Assembly (NCBI GenBank): GCA_965204735.1
Contig: OZ242008.1
Span: 1,056,001 to 1,120,000, forward strand
Direction: 5' to 3'
Origin: Longimicrobiales bacterium
Lineage (GTDB): Bacteria; Gemmatimonadota; Gemmatimonadetes; Longimicrobiales; Gaopeijiaceae
Length of the DNA stretch: 64,000 nucleotides
The notes below the pieces were generated by a model. It had not been told where the DNA came from. It worked only from the letters and a program-made list of their open reading frames with translations, and searched no databases. Made by a program: the position numbers and the translations under genes. Each line of letters starts with the position of its first letter. Position 1 is the stretch's first letter. Positions 37,316 to 50,263 of this stretch are shown here, piece by piece.

Positions 37316-37522
37316 TTGAACAGCAAGGTGGAGGAGATCGGCTTTCCAGCGTGTCGAAAGTGCGACCAGGGAGTCCTGCTCCCCATGTCGGACTACGGCA
37401 GGGACGGAGCGCCCATCCGCTTCAAGGCGTGGGTCTGCTCGAGTCCGGTGTGCGGGTTCAACATCCGCATAGACAACGGCGAGATCACCTACGGCGGATC
37501 GATCGGACAGAGCTACAAGTAG
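37316..37522 (+). CDS. Small putative zinc-ribbon protein
   Basis: CRKC...WVCSSPVC; start TTG 37316 or GTG 37328. Confidence 0.65.
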   Translation: MNSKVEEIGFPACRKCDQGVLLPMSDYGRDGAPIRFKAWVCSSPVCGFNIRIDNGEITYGGSIGQSYK

Positions 37523-37541
37523 AGGAACCACCACTCCCGCC

Positions 37542-39125
37542 ATGAGCGCGGCCCGTCGCGACGGGCCGTTCGGGCGACCGGAGGTCGAGGCTCCCACTTC
37601 CGCCCAAGCGGCTCGGCACGACCGCGTGTCGATCCAAGAGCGCGGCGTGCCCGAATCCGCTCTGATGGAGAACGCGGGGCGGCAAGCGGCCTTGATCGTC
37701 CAGCGCATCTTTCCCCACGGCCGAGTGGTGGCGCTGGCGGGGTCCGGCAACAACGGAGGAGACGCCCTCGTGTGCGCGCGGGCCTTGGCGGCGTGGGGAC
37801 GACCGGTGGCCGCCGTGGTGGTGGGAAGGCGGCCCCGTCCCGACCCAGTTCTCCACGGCTGGGAGCTGCCGTGCCGGATCGGCTGGGCCGGCGAGGACGC
37901 CCTGGCCGGGGCCTCGGTCGTGATCGACGGACTTCTGGGCACGGGGATCCGAGGCGCGCCGCGGGGGCAGTGCGCGGAAGCGATCGAGGCGCTGAACCGC
38001 TCGCCGGCGCCGGTCGTGGCCCTGGACGCGCCCTCCGGCGTGGACGGCGCCAGCGGGCGGGTTCCGGGAGCGGCGGTGAGCGCGGACGTGACCGTGGCCT
38101 TCGGCTGGCCGAAGCTGGGGACCCTCCTCTACCCCGGTCGGGAGCGAAGCGGGCGGATCGTTGCGGTGGAGATCGGCTTCCCGCCGCGGGACGGCGCCGA
38201 GGGCGGCAGGGACGACGGCGCCGAGCCCTGGGCGCAGCTGCTGACTCTCGGCTGGACGTCCCGCGCGCTCCCGCGCCGCCCTCCGTCCACGCACAAGAAC
38301 GCCGTGGGCGCGCTGACGGTCGTGGCGGGCTCGGCGATGCCGGGCGCGGCCGTGCTGGCGGTCCGATCCGCCTTCCGGTGCGGCGTCGGCCTGGTGCGGA
38401 CGTGCGGCACGGAGCTGCTGGGGGAGCTTCTCGCCGCCGTCCCCGAGGCGCTGTACGTGGACGCCGTCGACGAGGACGCCCTGGGGCGCGCCGTGACGGC
38501 CTGCCGCGCGCTGGTGGTGGGGCCGGGGCTGGGCACGGACGAGGCGGCACGCCGGCAGCTGGGCGCGGCGCTGACCGCCCGAGGCGAGAGGCCCGTCGTG
38601 GTGGACGCCGACGCGCTGACGCTGCTGGCCCAGGGCGCGGCAGGAGGCATGGCCGGGCTCGCCGGCGGGCCGGCGGTCGTGACGCCCCATCCGGGAGAGA
38701 TGGCCCGCCTCCTCGGCTGCGCCGCCGAGGACGTGCAGGGCGACCGGGTCGCGGCGGCCAAGGGCCTTGCCGAGAAGCACGGCGTGACGGTGCTGCTCAA
38801 GGGGGCGCCTGCGCTGGTGGCGACGCCGGGAGGACGGCTGCTGGTGGCCGCCGTGCAGGAGACCTCGGCGCTGGCGGTGGCCGGGATGGGCGACGTGCTC
38901 GCCGGCGCGACGGGAGCGTTCCTGGCGCAGGGAGCGGACGTCGCCGAGGCGGCCGGGCTGGCCCTGGAAGTGACCGGGCGCGCGGCCTCGGGGCTGGGGC
39001 TCGGGCCGGCGCTCGTCCCGTCCGACGTGGTGGAGGCGGTTCCCGCCGCCTTGGCCCGGCGCGGCGCCGGCGTCACCGACCTGCCCTTCCCGTTCGTGAC
39101 CTTCGACCAGGACCAGCCCCGCTGA
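37542..39125 (+). CDS. nnr: Bifunctional NAD(P)H-hydrate epimerase/dehydratase
   Basis: LMENAG, GSGNNGGD, DGLLGTG, DAPSG, GPGLG, DADAL, TPHPGE, GMGDVLAG. Confidence 0.93.
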   Translation: MSAARRDGPFGRPEVEAPTSAQAARHDRVSIQERGVPESALMENAGRQAALIVQRIFPHGRVVALAGSGNNGGDALVCARALAAWGRPVAAVVVGRRPRPDPVLHGWELPCRIGWAGEDALAGASVVIDGLLGTGIRGAPRGQCAEAIEALNRSPAPVVALDAPSGVDGASGRVPGAAVSADVTVAFGWPKLGTLLYPGRERSGRIVAVEIGFPPRDGAEGGRDDGAEPWAQLLTLGWTSRALPRRPPSTHKNAVGALTVVAGSAMPGAAVLAVRSAFRCGVGLVRTCGTELLGELLAAVPEALYVDAVDEDALGRAVTACRALVVGPGLGTDEAARRQLGAALTARGERPVVVDADALTLLAQGAAGGMAGLAGGPAVVTPHPGEMARLLGCAAEDVQGDRVAAAKGLAEKHGVTVLLKGAPALVATPGGRLLVAAVQETSALAVAGMGDVLAGATGAFLAQGADVAEAAGLALEVTGRAASGLGLGPALVPSDVVEAVPAALARRGAGVTDLPFPFVTFDQDQPR

Positions 39126-39172
39126 GCCGGGCGCCCGTGCCGCCCGCCCGCGCCGCGTCGGCCCCGGACTCG

Positions 39173-42706
<3,534 letters not shown>

Positions 42707-42732
42707 GGCCCGATCCCCGGCTAGGCGGGCGT

Positions 42733-43740
42733 CTAGGCGCCGACCTCGGCGGACGAGGCTCCTTGGGCGGCGTCTGAAGCCTCGGCCGGCGCGTCGTCGG
42801 TTCCCGCGTCGCCCTCGGGAGCGCTGCCCGCGGCCAACGCCTTGCGGGCTCCTTCCAGCAAGTCCTCCGCGCTGCCCGACCGAAGGGCCTTCGCCACATC
42901 GGCGCCGTGCAGCCCGAAGCGGGCGGCCAGCGCTTCCAGCTCGCCGACGGAGCGCTTCCCGCTCGTGCCCGCTTTCCCGCCGCCCGCGCCCCCCGACTTC
43001 TCCAGGAACGGGGCGAAGAGATCCACCGGCACGGGAAAGAGGGTGGTGGAGTTGTTCTCCGCCGCCACTTCCACCACGGTCTGGAGGAAGCGCAGCTGGA
43101 GCGCCGTGGGGTGCTCGGAGAGGATATGGGCGGCCGACGACAACTTCTTCGAAGCCTGGAATTCGCCCTCGGCGGCGATCACCTTGCCCCGCCTCTCCCG
43201 CTCGGCCTCGGCTTGCTTGGCCATCGCCCGCTTCATCTCCTTGGGCAGGTCGATGTCCTTGATCTCGACGCTGGTGACCTCGATGCCCCAGGGGTCGGTC
43301 TCCAAGTCGATGATCCGGCGCACGATCTCGTTGATCCGTTCCCGTTGGGCCAGCAGCTCGTCGAGCTCCGACTGCCCCACCACGCTTCGCAAGGTGGTCT
43401 GGGCGATCTGGCTGGTGGCGAAGTAGTAGTCCTCCACCTCCACGACGGCCTTGGAAGGGTCCACCACGCGGAAGTACACCACCGCGTTGACGGTGCAGCT
43501 CACGTTGTCCTTGGTGATCGTGTCCTGGGGCGCGATGTCGAGGGCGATGATGCGCAGGTCCATCTTCCGCATCCGCTCGACGCCGTAAGGCACCAGGAAG
43601 ACCAAGCCGGGGCCCTTCGCCCGGGTCAGCTTGCCCAGGCGGAAGACCACGCCCCGTTCGTACTCCCAGAGGATGCGGAGCGAACTCAAGACGCCCGTGA
43701 GGGCGAACGCCCCCGTCCCGATCAAGAATGCGAGTTCCAT
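42733..43740 (-). CDS. SPFH/band-7 (stomatin-like) protein
   Basis: [64 protein letters not shown]. Confidence 0.93.
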   Translation of the reverse strand: MELAFLIGTGAFALTGVLSSLRILWEYERGVVFRLGKLTRAKGPGLVFLVPYGVERMRKMDLRIIALDIAPQDTITKDNVSCTVNAVVYFRVVDPSKAVVEVEDYYFATSQIAQTTLRSVVGQSELDELLAQRERINEIVRRIIDLETDPWGIEVTSVEIKDIDLPKEMKRAMAKQAEAERERRGKVIAAEGEFQASKKLSSAAHILSEHPTALQLRFLQTVVEVAAENNSTTLFPVPVDLFAPFLEKSGGAGGGKAGTSGKRSVGELEALAARFGLHGADVAKALRSGSAEDLLEGARKALAAGSAPEGDAGTDDAPAEASDAAQGASSAEVGA

Positions 43741-43878
43741 TGGGGGTTCTCCTTGGGTGGAGGCAATCCTGCGGGAGTGCGGGCGCTCGGGCGCCGGCCC
43801 GCCGAACACTCCAGGCGCCGGCCCCGCCACGACGCTTCCAGGGGCGCGCGACACTCCCAATAGGCGGAAGGCGCCGGC

Positions 43879-43965
43879 GGTTGACAAGTCCGGGGAGCAA
43901 GTCCGGGGGGCCGAGCAAGTCCCGCAAGTCCGGGGGGTCCAGGTTGACAAGTCCGGGGGGCCGAG
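43879..43965 (+). repeat. Five copies of CAAGTCC(GGGG) including two TTGACA hexamers
   Basis: CAAGTCC at 43885, 43898, 43916, 43925, 43948; GGTTGACAAGTCCGGGG occurs twice. Confidence 0.8.
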
Positions 43966-43972
43966 GGAGCTT
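43944..43972 (+). promoter_or_regulatory. Putative sigma70 promoter of tRNA-Met
   Basis: TTGACA-17 bp-GAGCTT, 11 bp before the tRNA. Confidence 0.5.
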
Positions 43973-43983
43973 TCCTCTCCCTC

Positions 43984-44057
43984 GCCGGAGTAGCTCAGCT
44001 GGTTAGAGCAGCGGAATCATAATCCGCGTGTCGGGGGTTCGAGTCCCTCCTCCGGCA
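43984..44057 (+). tRNA. tRNA with CAT anticodon, most likely elongator tRNA-Met; CCA not encoded
   Basis: Acceptor GCCGGAG/CTCCGGC, D arm GCTC..GAGC, anticodon stem GCGGA/TCCGC with loop ATCATAA, T loop TTCGAGT; paired G1-C72 and no three consecutive G-C pairs, so not initiator. Confidence 0.95.
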
Positions 44058-44123
44058 TCGAGTCCTTCCTGTCGGCACGTCTGGCACCTTCGTCTCTTCT
44101 CCCGGTGAAGCCTTGGAGCAGAT

Positions 44124-45935
44124 ATGCTGACGCGCGAGGCTCGCGGCAGACGTTCCCGGGCCCGCGAGCCGCTGGCCCGGCGCGTTCGCCTGGAGACGCC
44201 CGAGCACGTTCGGCTGGGCTACGACTTGGCCGACCTGGGCTCGCGCTTCACGGCGATGGCGGTGGACTTGGCGATCATGATCGTCGCCGCGACCGTCTTG
44301 GCGCTGTCCGCCCTCCTGCTGGGGCGGCACGTCGCCGGGACCGTCCTGCCCGAGTACGGGCCGGCGACGGTGTGGGCGCTGGCCACGATCGGTCTCTTCG
44401 TCGTGCTGTGGGGCTACTTCGTCCTCTTCGAGGCGTTCTGGGACGGCCGCACGCCGGGCAAGCGGCTGCTGGGCCTGCGAGTTCTCCACTCGGGAGGGCA
44501 GCCGTTGTCGCCGAGGGGCTCGGTCGTCCGCAACCTGCTGCGCGTGGTGGACCTGCAGCCCGGGGTGTCGGGGGTCGTCGGCGGCGCCTGCATGATGCTG
44601 AACCGCCGGACCCAGCGGCTGGGGGACTTGGCCGCCGACAGCATCGTGGTGCGGGACCGGGGCGGCGGGGACATCCCCTGGCCGGAGTCGCCCAACGTCG
44701 CCGTCCGGGGTCGACCGCTTCTCTCGGAAGAGCAGTTCGCGCTCCTCTCCGGCTTCGTGCGGCGGCGGGAGGGACTGGCGGCGGAAGTCCGGCGGCGGTT
44801 GGAGCGCTCGGTGATCGAGGCGCTGCGGCCCGTGCTGGAGGGCCACCCGAAGGCGGACGGCGTCCCCGACGGCGAGTTCCTGGGGGCGCTTCACGACGAG
44901 GAGGCGGCTCGGCGGGGCAGCGCGGCCGAGGGCTGGGACCTCCAGGCGGCGGCGCTGGTGCGCGGACGCAAGCCGGAGTGGGACGCCTACCGCGAGCTGG
45001 TGGGCGACGCCCGGAAGCGGGGCCTTCACGAGCTCTCGGAGCCGAAGGTGCGAAGCTTCGGACGGCTCTACCGCTCGGTCGCGGCGGACTTGGCCCGGGC
45101 CCGGGCCTACCGGGCGCCGGCGGGCGTGGTCTTCGGCTTGGAGAAGTGGACCGGGGCCGGTCACAGCCTCCTGTACCGGGCCAGGCGGACATCGGTCAAG
45201 CCGGTGGGGCGCTGGCTGGCGTCGAGACTTCCTCGGGCGGTCCGGCGCAGCTGGCGGAGCGTGGCCCTGGCGGCGCTCCTCCTCTTCGGTCCCATGGCCG
45301 CGACGTACCGCGCGGTTCGGGCCGATCCCGCCCTTGCCCGGTCGATCATGCCGGCCGAGATGCTCGCCCGCGCGGAGAACACGCCGCAGGGCGAGATCGA
45401 CGCCCAGTACCTGGACGTGCCCAGCGGAGCCATGCCCATGCTGGCCTCGGGCGTCATGGTCAACAACCTGGGCGTCGCGTTCACGGCGTTCGCGGGCGGG
45501 ATGCTCGCCGGGGCGGGCACGGTCCTGCTGCTCGTGGTGAACGGCGTCTTCCTCGGGGCGGCGTTCGGCCTCTACGCCAACCAGCAGGTCCTGGGCGTGA
45601 TCCTGGCCTTCGTGTCGCCCCACGGCGCCCTGGAGCTGACGGCGATCTGCCTGGCGGGAGCGGCCGGGCTGACGCTGGGGTCGGCCCTGCTGATTCCCGG
45701 GCGGCGGACGCGGCCGACGGCGCTGGTGGAACGAGGTCGGGCGGCCCTCTCGCTGCTGGCCGGATCGGCGGCGCTCCTCGTCGTGGCCGGCGTAGTCGAA
45801 GGGTTCTACTCGCCCTCGGCGCTGCCGGCCGTCGCCAAGTTCGCCTTCGGCGCAGCCAGCGCGGCGCTGCTGGCGGTCTACTTGGGAACCGCCGGTCGGG
45901 AGCCTTCCAGACCTAGAGCAGCCCCCGCTCCTTGA
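44124..45935 (+). CDS. RDD domain plus stage II sporulation protein M (SpoIIM) fusion membrane protein
   Basis: ETPEHV, ADLGSRF.A..VD, GRTPGKR, QRLGDLAA; LYRSVAADLARAR, MVNN, PHGALEL, VEGFYSP. Confidence 0.85.
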   Translation: MLTREARGRRSRAREPLARRVRLETPEHVRLGYDLADLGSRFTAMAVDLAIMIVAATVLALSALLLGRHVAGTVLPEYGPATVWALATIGLFVVLWGYFVLFEAFWDGRTPGKRLLGLRVLHSGGQPLSPRGSVVRNLLRVVDLQPGVSGVVGGACMMLNRRTQRLGDLAADSIVVRDRGGGDIPWPESPNVAVRGRPLLSEEQFALLSGFVRRREGLAAEVRRRLERSVIEALRPVLEGHPKADGVPDGEFLGALHDEEAARRGSAAEGWDLQAAALVRGRKPEWDAYRELVGDARKRGLHELSEPKVRSFGRLYRSVAADLARARAYRAPAGVVFGLEKWTGAGHSLLYRARRTSVKPVGRWLASRLPRAVRRSWRSVALAALLLFGPMAATYRAVRADPALARSIMPAEMLARAENTPQGEIDAQYLDVPSGAMPMLASGVMVNNLGVAFTAFAGGMLAGAGTVLLLVVNGVFLGAAFGLYANQQVLGVILAFVSPHGALELTAICLAGAAGLTLGSALLIPGRRTRPTALVERGRAALSLLAGSAALLVVAGVVEGFYSPSALPAVAKFAFGAASAALLAVYLGTAGREPSRPRAAPAP

Positions 45936-47337
45936 CCTCCGCGTACTGGTCCAGGGTGGCGGCCAGGGCGTCGCCGGGATCCGCGTCCACGACCAGGATG
46001 CCGGCTCGGCGCATCGTCTGAAGCGCGGCGGCGCGCGCCTGCACCAGCTCCTCGGCCGCGGCCCGACGGTAGGCCTCGGCTTCGTCGGCCGGCGTCCGGG
46101 CAGCAACCCGCTCCAGCTCCGGGTTGCGGATCGCCACCGCCATGGGCAGGTGGGTGCGGGCGATCCGGGCCAGCGACGCCGCCAAGGCCCGCGACACGTC
46201 GCCGTCGATCACGTCGCAGAAGAGAGCCACCAGCGAGCGCTTGCGGACGGTGCGGGCCAGAGTGGCGACGGCAAGGGGGTAGTTGGGCTCCACCAAGCGC
46301 GTCTCGACGCCGGAGAGGAGCTCGGCCGTCGCCCCAATGTCCACGCGCCGAGGCGGCGAGAGGTGGCGGACCCGGTCGTCGAACACCAGGGTGCCCACCC
46401 GGTCGCCGTAGGCACGGGCCCGGCCCGCCAGGAGCATGGCGGCGGCCAGCGCGAAGTCGGCGCGCTCCCGGTCCAGCACGTGCTCCCGCATGTGGCGCCC
46501 GGCGTCGATCGCCAGGACCAGGTTCTGGTTGCGCTCCGTCTGGTAGCTGCGCACGACGTAGCGGCTGCGGCGGGCCGACGCCTTCCAGTCGATCGCGCGC
46601 GGGTCGTCGCCCCGAACGTACTCCCGCAGGCTCTCGAACTCGCTCCCCTCTCCCCGCCGCCGGATGCGCCGCGGCCCGGCCTCCGGCGCCGGCCGGCGCA
46701 CCGCGTGGTCCTTTCGCCGGAAGGCGCCGGAAAGGCCGGGCTGGACGCGCACAACCTGCTCCGCCGCCGCCACGCTGCGCGCCCATCCCAGTCCCAGGGG
46801 ACCCAGAGTGCGCGCATGGACCGCGCCCAGCCGCAAGAAGCCCCGGGTGCGTGGACGCGCCCGGTAGGAGATCCGAACCGTGGAACCGGCCGGCACCGCG
46901 ACCCGAACGCCGTCCTCCCAAGGGTCGCGAGCGCCCTCGGTCCTGCGTCCCGCCGCCGGCAGGCGCTTCAGCAACGGGTCCAGGTCGTCGGTGACCCGCA
47001 CCCGCACAGGCCGCGGCCCGTCGTTGGCCAGTGCGACCGACACTTCCATTGCGCCGCCCAGCGAAGCAGCGACGGGCGCCTTCCGCGAGATCGTCGGAGG
47101 TTGCGCCCGCCGCCCGTCCCAGCACGCCAGCGCCACGACCAGCAGGTCCGCCGCCAGCGCGGACGCCGTGGAGACCAGAAGGAGCGCCGACGCCCCGGCC
47201 AGGAGCCAGAGGGCGCGCCGACTGGGCAAGACGGGAATCGCCGCCGGCCGCGTCCCGCCGCCGGTCCACTGCGTCCGGGAGGTCGGCCCGCTGCGGCGAC
47301 TTGCCGGCCGGGGCCGCCGAGCGACACGGTCGCCCAC
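45913..47337 (-). CDS. DUF58 (vWA-like) protein
   Basis: GSEFESLREYVRGDDPRAIDWKASAR, IDAGRHM. Confidence 0.88.
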   Translation of the reverse strand: MGDRVARRPRPASRRSGPTSRTQWTGGGTRPAAIPVLPSRRALWLLAGASALLLVSTASALAADLLVVALACWDGRRAQPPTISRKAPVAASLGGAMEVSVALANDGPRPVRVRVTDDLDPLLKRLPAAGRRTEGARDPWEDGVRVAVPAGSTVRISYRARPRTRGFLRLGAVHARTLGPLGLGWARSVAAAEQVVRVQPGLSGAFRRKDHAVRRPAPEAGPRRIRRRGEGSEFESLREYVRGDDPRAIDWKASARRSRYVVRSYQTERNQNLVLAIDAGRHMREHVLDRERADFALAAAMLLAGRARAYGDRVGTLVFDDRVRHLSPPRRVDIGATAELLSGVETRLVEPNYPLAVATLARTVRKRSLVALFCDVIDGDVSRALAASLARIARTHLPMAVAIRNPELERVAARTPADEAEAYRRAAAEELVQARAAALQTMRRAGILVVDADPGDALAATLDQYAEVKERGLL

Positions 47338-47339
47338 GG

Positions 47340-48284
47340 CTAGCGCGGCGCCTCCAGCGTCTCCAGGAGCGCCCGGAGCTCGTCGTCCGAGGAACGGCCT
47401 TCCACTTCCGCCTCCGGCGTGAGGACCACGCGGTGGCGCAGCACCGGGAACGCCAGCGACTTCACGTCGTCCGGGACCACGAACTCTCGGCCGCTCAGGT
47501 GCGCTTCCGCCCGCGCAGCTTGGTAGAGCGCGACCCCGGCCCGAGGACTGGCGCCCAGCGCGAACGCCGAGTCCCGTCGCGTGGCCCGCACGATCTCGGT
47601 GATGTAGCGGCGGATCCGTTCGTCCACGTGGAGCCGGCTCACCGCCGCCCGCTCGCCCTGCAGCTCGGCTCGGGTCAGGGGGTCGCCGATGGGGTAGGTG
47701 GCCTCGTCGTCGGCTCGGAACCCGGCGTCGTAGCGCTCCAGGATCGCCTGCTCGGCTTCTTCGTCGGGGTAGTCCATGACGATCTTCATGAGGAAGCGGT
47801 CCACCTGGGCCTCGGGGAGAGGGTACGTCCCCTCGTGCTCCACCGGGTTCTGCGTCGCGAACACGGTGAAGGCCGCGGGCAACGGTCGCGTCTTGCCGTC
47901 CACCGTGACCTGCCGCTCCTCCATCGACTCCAGGAGAGCCGCCTGGGTCTTGGGGGGCGCCCGGTTGATCTCGTCGGCCAGAATCAGGTCCGCGAACACC
48001 GGCCCGGGGCGGTACACGAACTCCCGGGAGCGCTCGTCCAGCACGTTGACGCCGACCAAGTCCGTGGGCATGAGGTCGGGGGTGAACTGAATCCGCCCGA
48101 AGTCGAGTCCCATCCCCTGGGCGAGCGCCCGGACGGCCAGCGTCTTGGCGGTTCCCGGCACCCCCTCGACCAATGCGTGGCCTCCGGCCAGCAGCGTCGC
48201 CAGCATCTGGCGGACGACGGTGGACTGGCCGAGGACCACTTCCTCCATTCCCTGCAGCAAGCGGTCAATGCCGGGCGGCGTCAT
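47340..48284 (-). CDS. MoxR-family AAA+ ATPase
   Basis: EGVPGTAKT, RIQFTPDLMPTD, ADEINRAPPKTQAALLE, ATQNPVEHEGTYPLPEAQVDRF, GASPRA. Confidence 0.95.
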   Translation of the reverse strand: MTPPGIDRLLQGMEEVVLGQSTVVRQMLATLLAGGHALVEGVPGTAKTLAVRALAQGMGLDFGRIQFTPDLMPTDLVGVNVLDERSREFVYRPGPVFADLILADEINRAPPKTQAALLESMEERQVTVDGKTRPLPAAFTVFATQNPVEHEGTYPLPEAQVDRFLMKIVMDYPDEEAEQAILERYDAGFRADDEATYPIGDPLTRAELQGERAAVSRLHVDERIRRYITEIVRATRRDSAFALGASPRAGVALYQAARAEAHLSGREFVVPDDVKSLAFPVLRHRVVLTPEAEVEGRSSDDELRALLETLEAPR

Positions 48285-49585
48285 GCGCGGCTTCTCCTCT
48301 GGTTCCCAGGTTGGAGCGGCCCCCGGCTTGGTCGGGAGCTCGCGGCGAACTCGTCGATCCCGGCGGCGACCGCGGTCAGCTTCGGCGGGCTGGCGCGCAG
48401 GGCGTTGCGGATGCGTCGAAGCTGCACGGCGCCGTCGCTGGATGCGCGTCTTTCCATCGATTCCAAGAGGGCGACGGCCTGGGCCCGGTCGCGCGGCGGC
48501 GGCGCGTGCGCCCAGCGAGCAAGGCGGGAGACCAGAAGCAGGGCGGCGGTCTCTCGGGCTTCGGCCTTGCGGTACAGCGCGCCCAGGGCGGAGACGTGCT
48601 CCAGGGGCGAACGGCGTTCGTCCTTGGGCGGGTCCGCCGGCAAGCCGAGGCGGACGCCTGCCGCCGCCACGGCGAGGAACGCCACGAGTCCCAAGTGGAA
48701 GAGCGCCCGACCTTTGGGGCTGCCGAAGAAGAACTCGACGGCCGCCGACGCCGGGGAACCCATGCCGTGCACGCCGTGGTGGAACTCGTCGAAGAACACG
48801 GTGTCGCCCGCAGGGGTGTAGGCGACCGCAGCCCGGACCGCGAGAGCGGCCAGGGGGTCGTCGCCCGCGTTGGCGTTGGAGAGGGGCGCGGCGTCGGCGA
48901 AGGCGAGGATGCGCCCTGCGCCCAGCGGGATCTCCGCAGCGACGGCCCCGGCCACGCTGTCCAGGGGGCTGTCGAAGCGGCGCCGACGCCCGGGGCGCTC
49001 CGGGGCGCGTTCCGCGGAGAGCCGCAGCAGCGTCGCCGTCGGAAGGGCGGGGAGCGCGCGAGGGCGGAGGACCCGAGCGGGGATGGTCGCCCCAGGCAAG
49101 CCGTCGGTGAGGGGGTGGACCGCCCATGAGACGGAGCGCGCGGCGTCTTCGTCCTCTGCGGGGAGCAACGGCAACTTGCGAACCGCCAGCCCCAGCGAGT
49201 CCAGCAGAGGATGCGAGCCCGGAAGGTCCGCGTCGAAGAGCATCTCCACGTAGCGCGGGGCGTAGATCAGGACGCCCCCGTCGCGCACCCATGCCAGCAG
49301 CGCGCCCGCCTCGCGGGGACTCGGAACGTCCGTGGGCTCCAGCAGGACGATCGTGCCCCGGATGGGGTCTGCGTCGACCAGGGGCGTCATCCGGGGAGCG
49401 ACCGGCCGGCCCAGGCGCTCGATCGTTCGGTAGAACGCCGCGACGCCGTCGGGGCTGGCGCGGAACGAGGTCCGCTTCACGTCGTAGGCGATCTGGCCCC
49501 CTTCGGGCCGCAGCATGTACACGACCAGGGCGAGGGCAAGTAGGAACCCGCCCGTCCACAGCACGGCCCGCAGCCTCTCGCTCAC
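48281..49585 (-). CDS. DUF4350-like membrane-anchored protein
   Basis: N-terminal TM, TSF..SPDG..AF, LLAWVRDGG, VFFDEFHHG, C-terminal TM, EHVSALGALY; cluster context. Confidence 0.72.
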   Translation of the reverse strand: MSERLRAVLWTGGFLLALALVVYMLRPEGGQIAYDVKRTSFRASPDGVAAFYRTIERLGRPVAPRMTPLVDADPIRGTIVLLEPTDVPSPREAGALLAWVRDGGVLIYAPRYVEMLFDADLPGSHPLLDSLGLAVRKLPLLPAEDEDAARSVSWAVHPLTDGLPGATIPARVLRPRALPALPTATLLRLSAERAPERPGRRRRFDSPLDSVAGAVAAEIPLGAGRILAFADAAPLSNANAGDDPLAALAVRAAVAYTPAGDTVFFDEFHHGVHGMGSPASAAVEFFFGSPKGRALFHLGLVAFLAVAAAGVRLGLPADPPKDERRSPLEHVSALGALYRKAEARETAALLLVSRLARWAHAPPPRDRAQAVALLESMERRASSDGAVQLRRIRNALRASPPKLTAVAAGIDEFAASSRPSRGPLQPGNQRRSRA

Positions 49586-50253
49586 GCCCGTTCGCCCTCG
49601 TCCAGGCGCGCCCGCTCCTCCAGCTTCCGGTAGGCCGCGAGCGTGGGCGCGGCTTCGCCGAAGCGGAACCGCTGGAACGAGCGGAGGAACGCCGCCGCGT
49701 CCGCGCCCGGTTCGCCCCCATGGCGGACCGCCTCGACGATGTACTCGCCCGGGGTCTTGGAAGGGTGGAAGCGGACCATGCCCCTCCCGTCGAGGACTCG
49801 GAGGACGCCCTGGTAGAGGGCGGTTGCGGCGGAGCGCAGGTCGCCGTCGGCCGCGCGGGCGGCGGCGAGCCTCAGCCACTCGGCGGCCGTCGCCGGCTGG
49901 GCGCCGCCGTGGTCGTCGGGAGTGGCGCTCGGACGTCCGTCGCGGGCGTCCAAGAGACGGACCAAGACGACCGCCGAAAGTACGACCAGCACCACCACTG
50001 CCAGCAACCATGCCGCCGCCGCGCCCCCTCCCTCGGGGATCCGAAGGGGAATCATGCGCAGAACGTCTTGCAGCGCCTCCCGTGCGGCGATCAGCCAGCT
50101 CTCGACCACGGAGGGCTCGGCCCGCCGAAAGTCGGGGCCCGCAAGCACGTCCTCCAGTGCGCGAGCGACTTCCGCGTACGCCGGAACGGCGGCGTCGCCC
50201 CGGGTCGGGACGCCATCCCGAAGTTCTTGGAGCGGCAGAATCCAGCGGATCAT
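49582..50253 (-). CDS. DUF4129-like protein
   Basis: TM segment, A..A.DGD.R.A...LY, PSKTPGEY, F.RFRFG; cluster context. Confidence 0.72.
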   Translation of the reverse strand: MIRWILPLQELRDGVPTRGDAAVPAYAEVARALEDVLAGPDFRRAEPSVVESWLIAAREALQDVLRMIPLRIPEGGGAAAAWLLAVVVLVVLSAVVLVRLLDARDGRPSATPDDHGGAQPATAAEWLRLAAARAADGDLRSAATALYQGVLRVLDGRGMVRFHPSKTPGEYIVEAVRHGGEPGADAAAFLRSFQRFRFGEAAPTLAAYRKLEERARLDEGERA

Positions 50254-50263
50254 CGAGCCGTTC

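Noticed and set aside
43984..44123. Integrative element at tRNA-Met
   Set aside because: No integrase and no duplicated tRNA 3' end noticed; downstream genes have host-like composition
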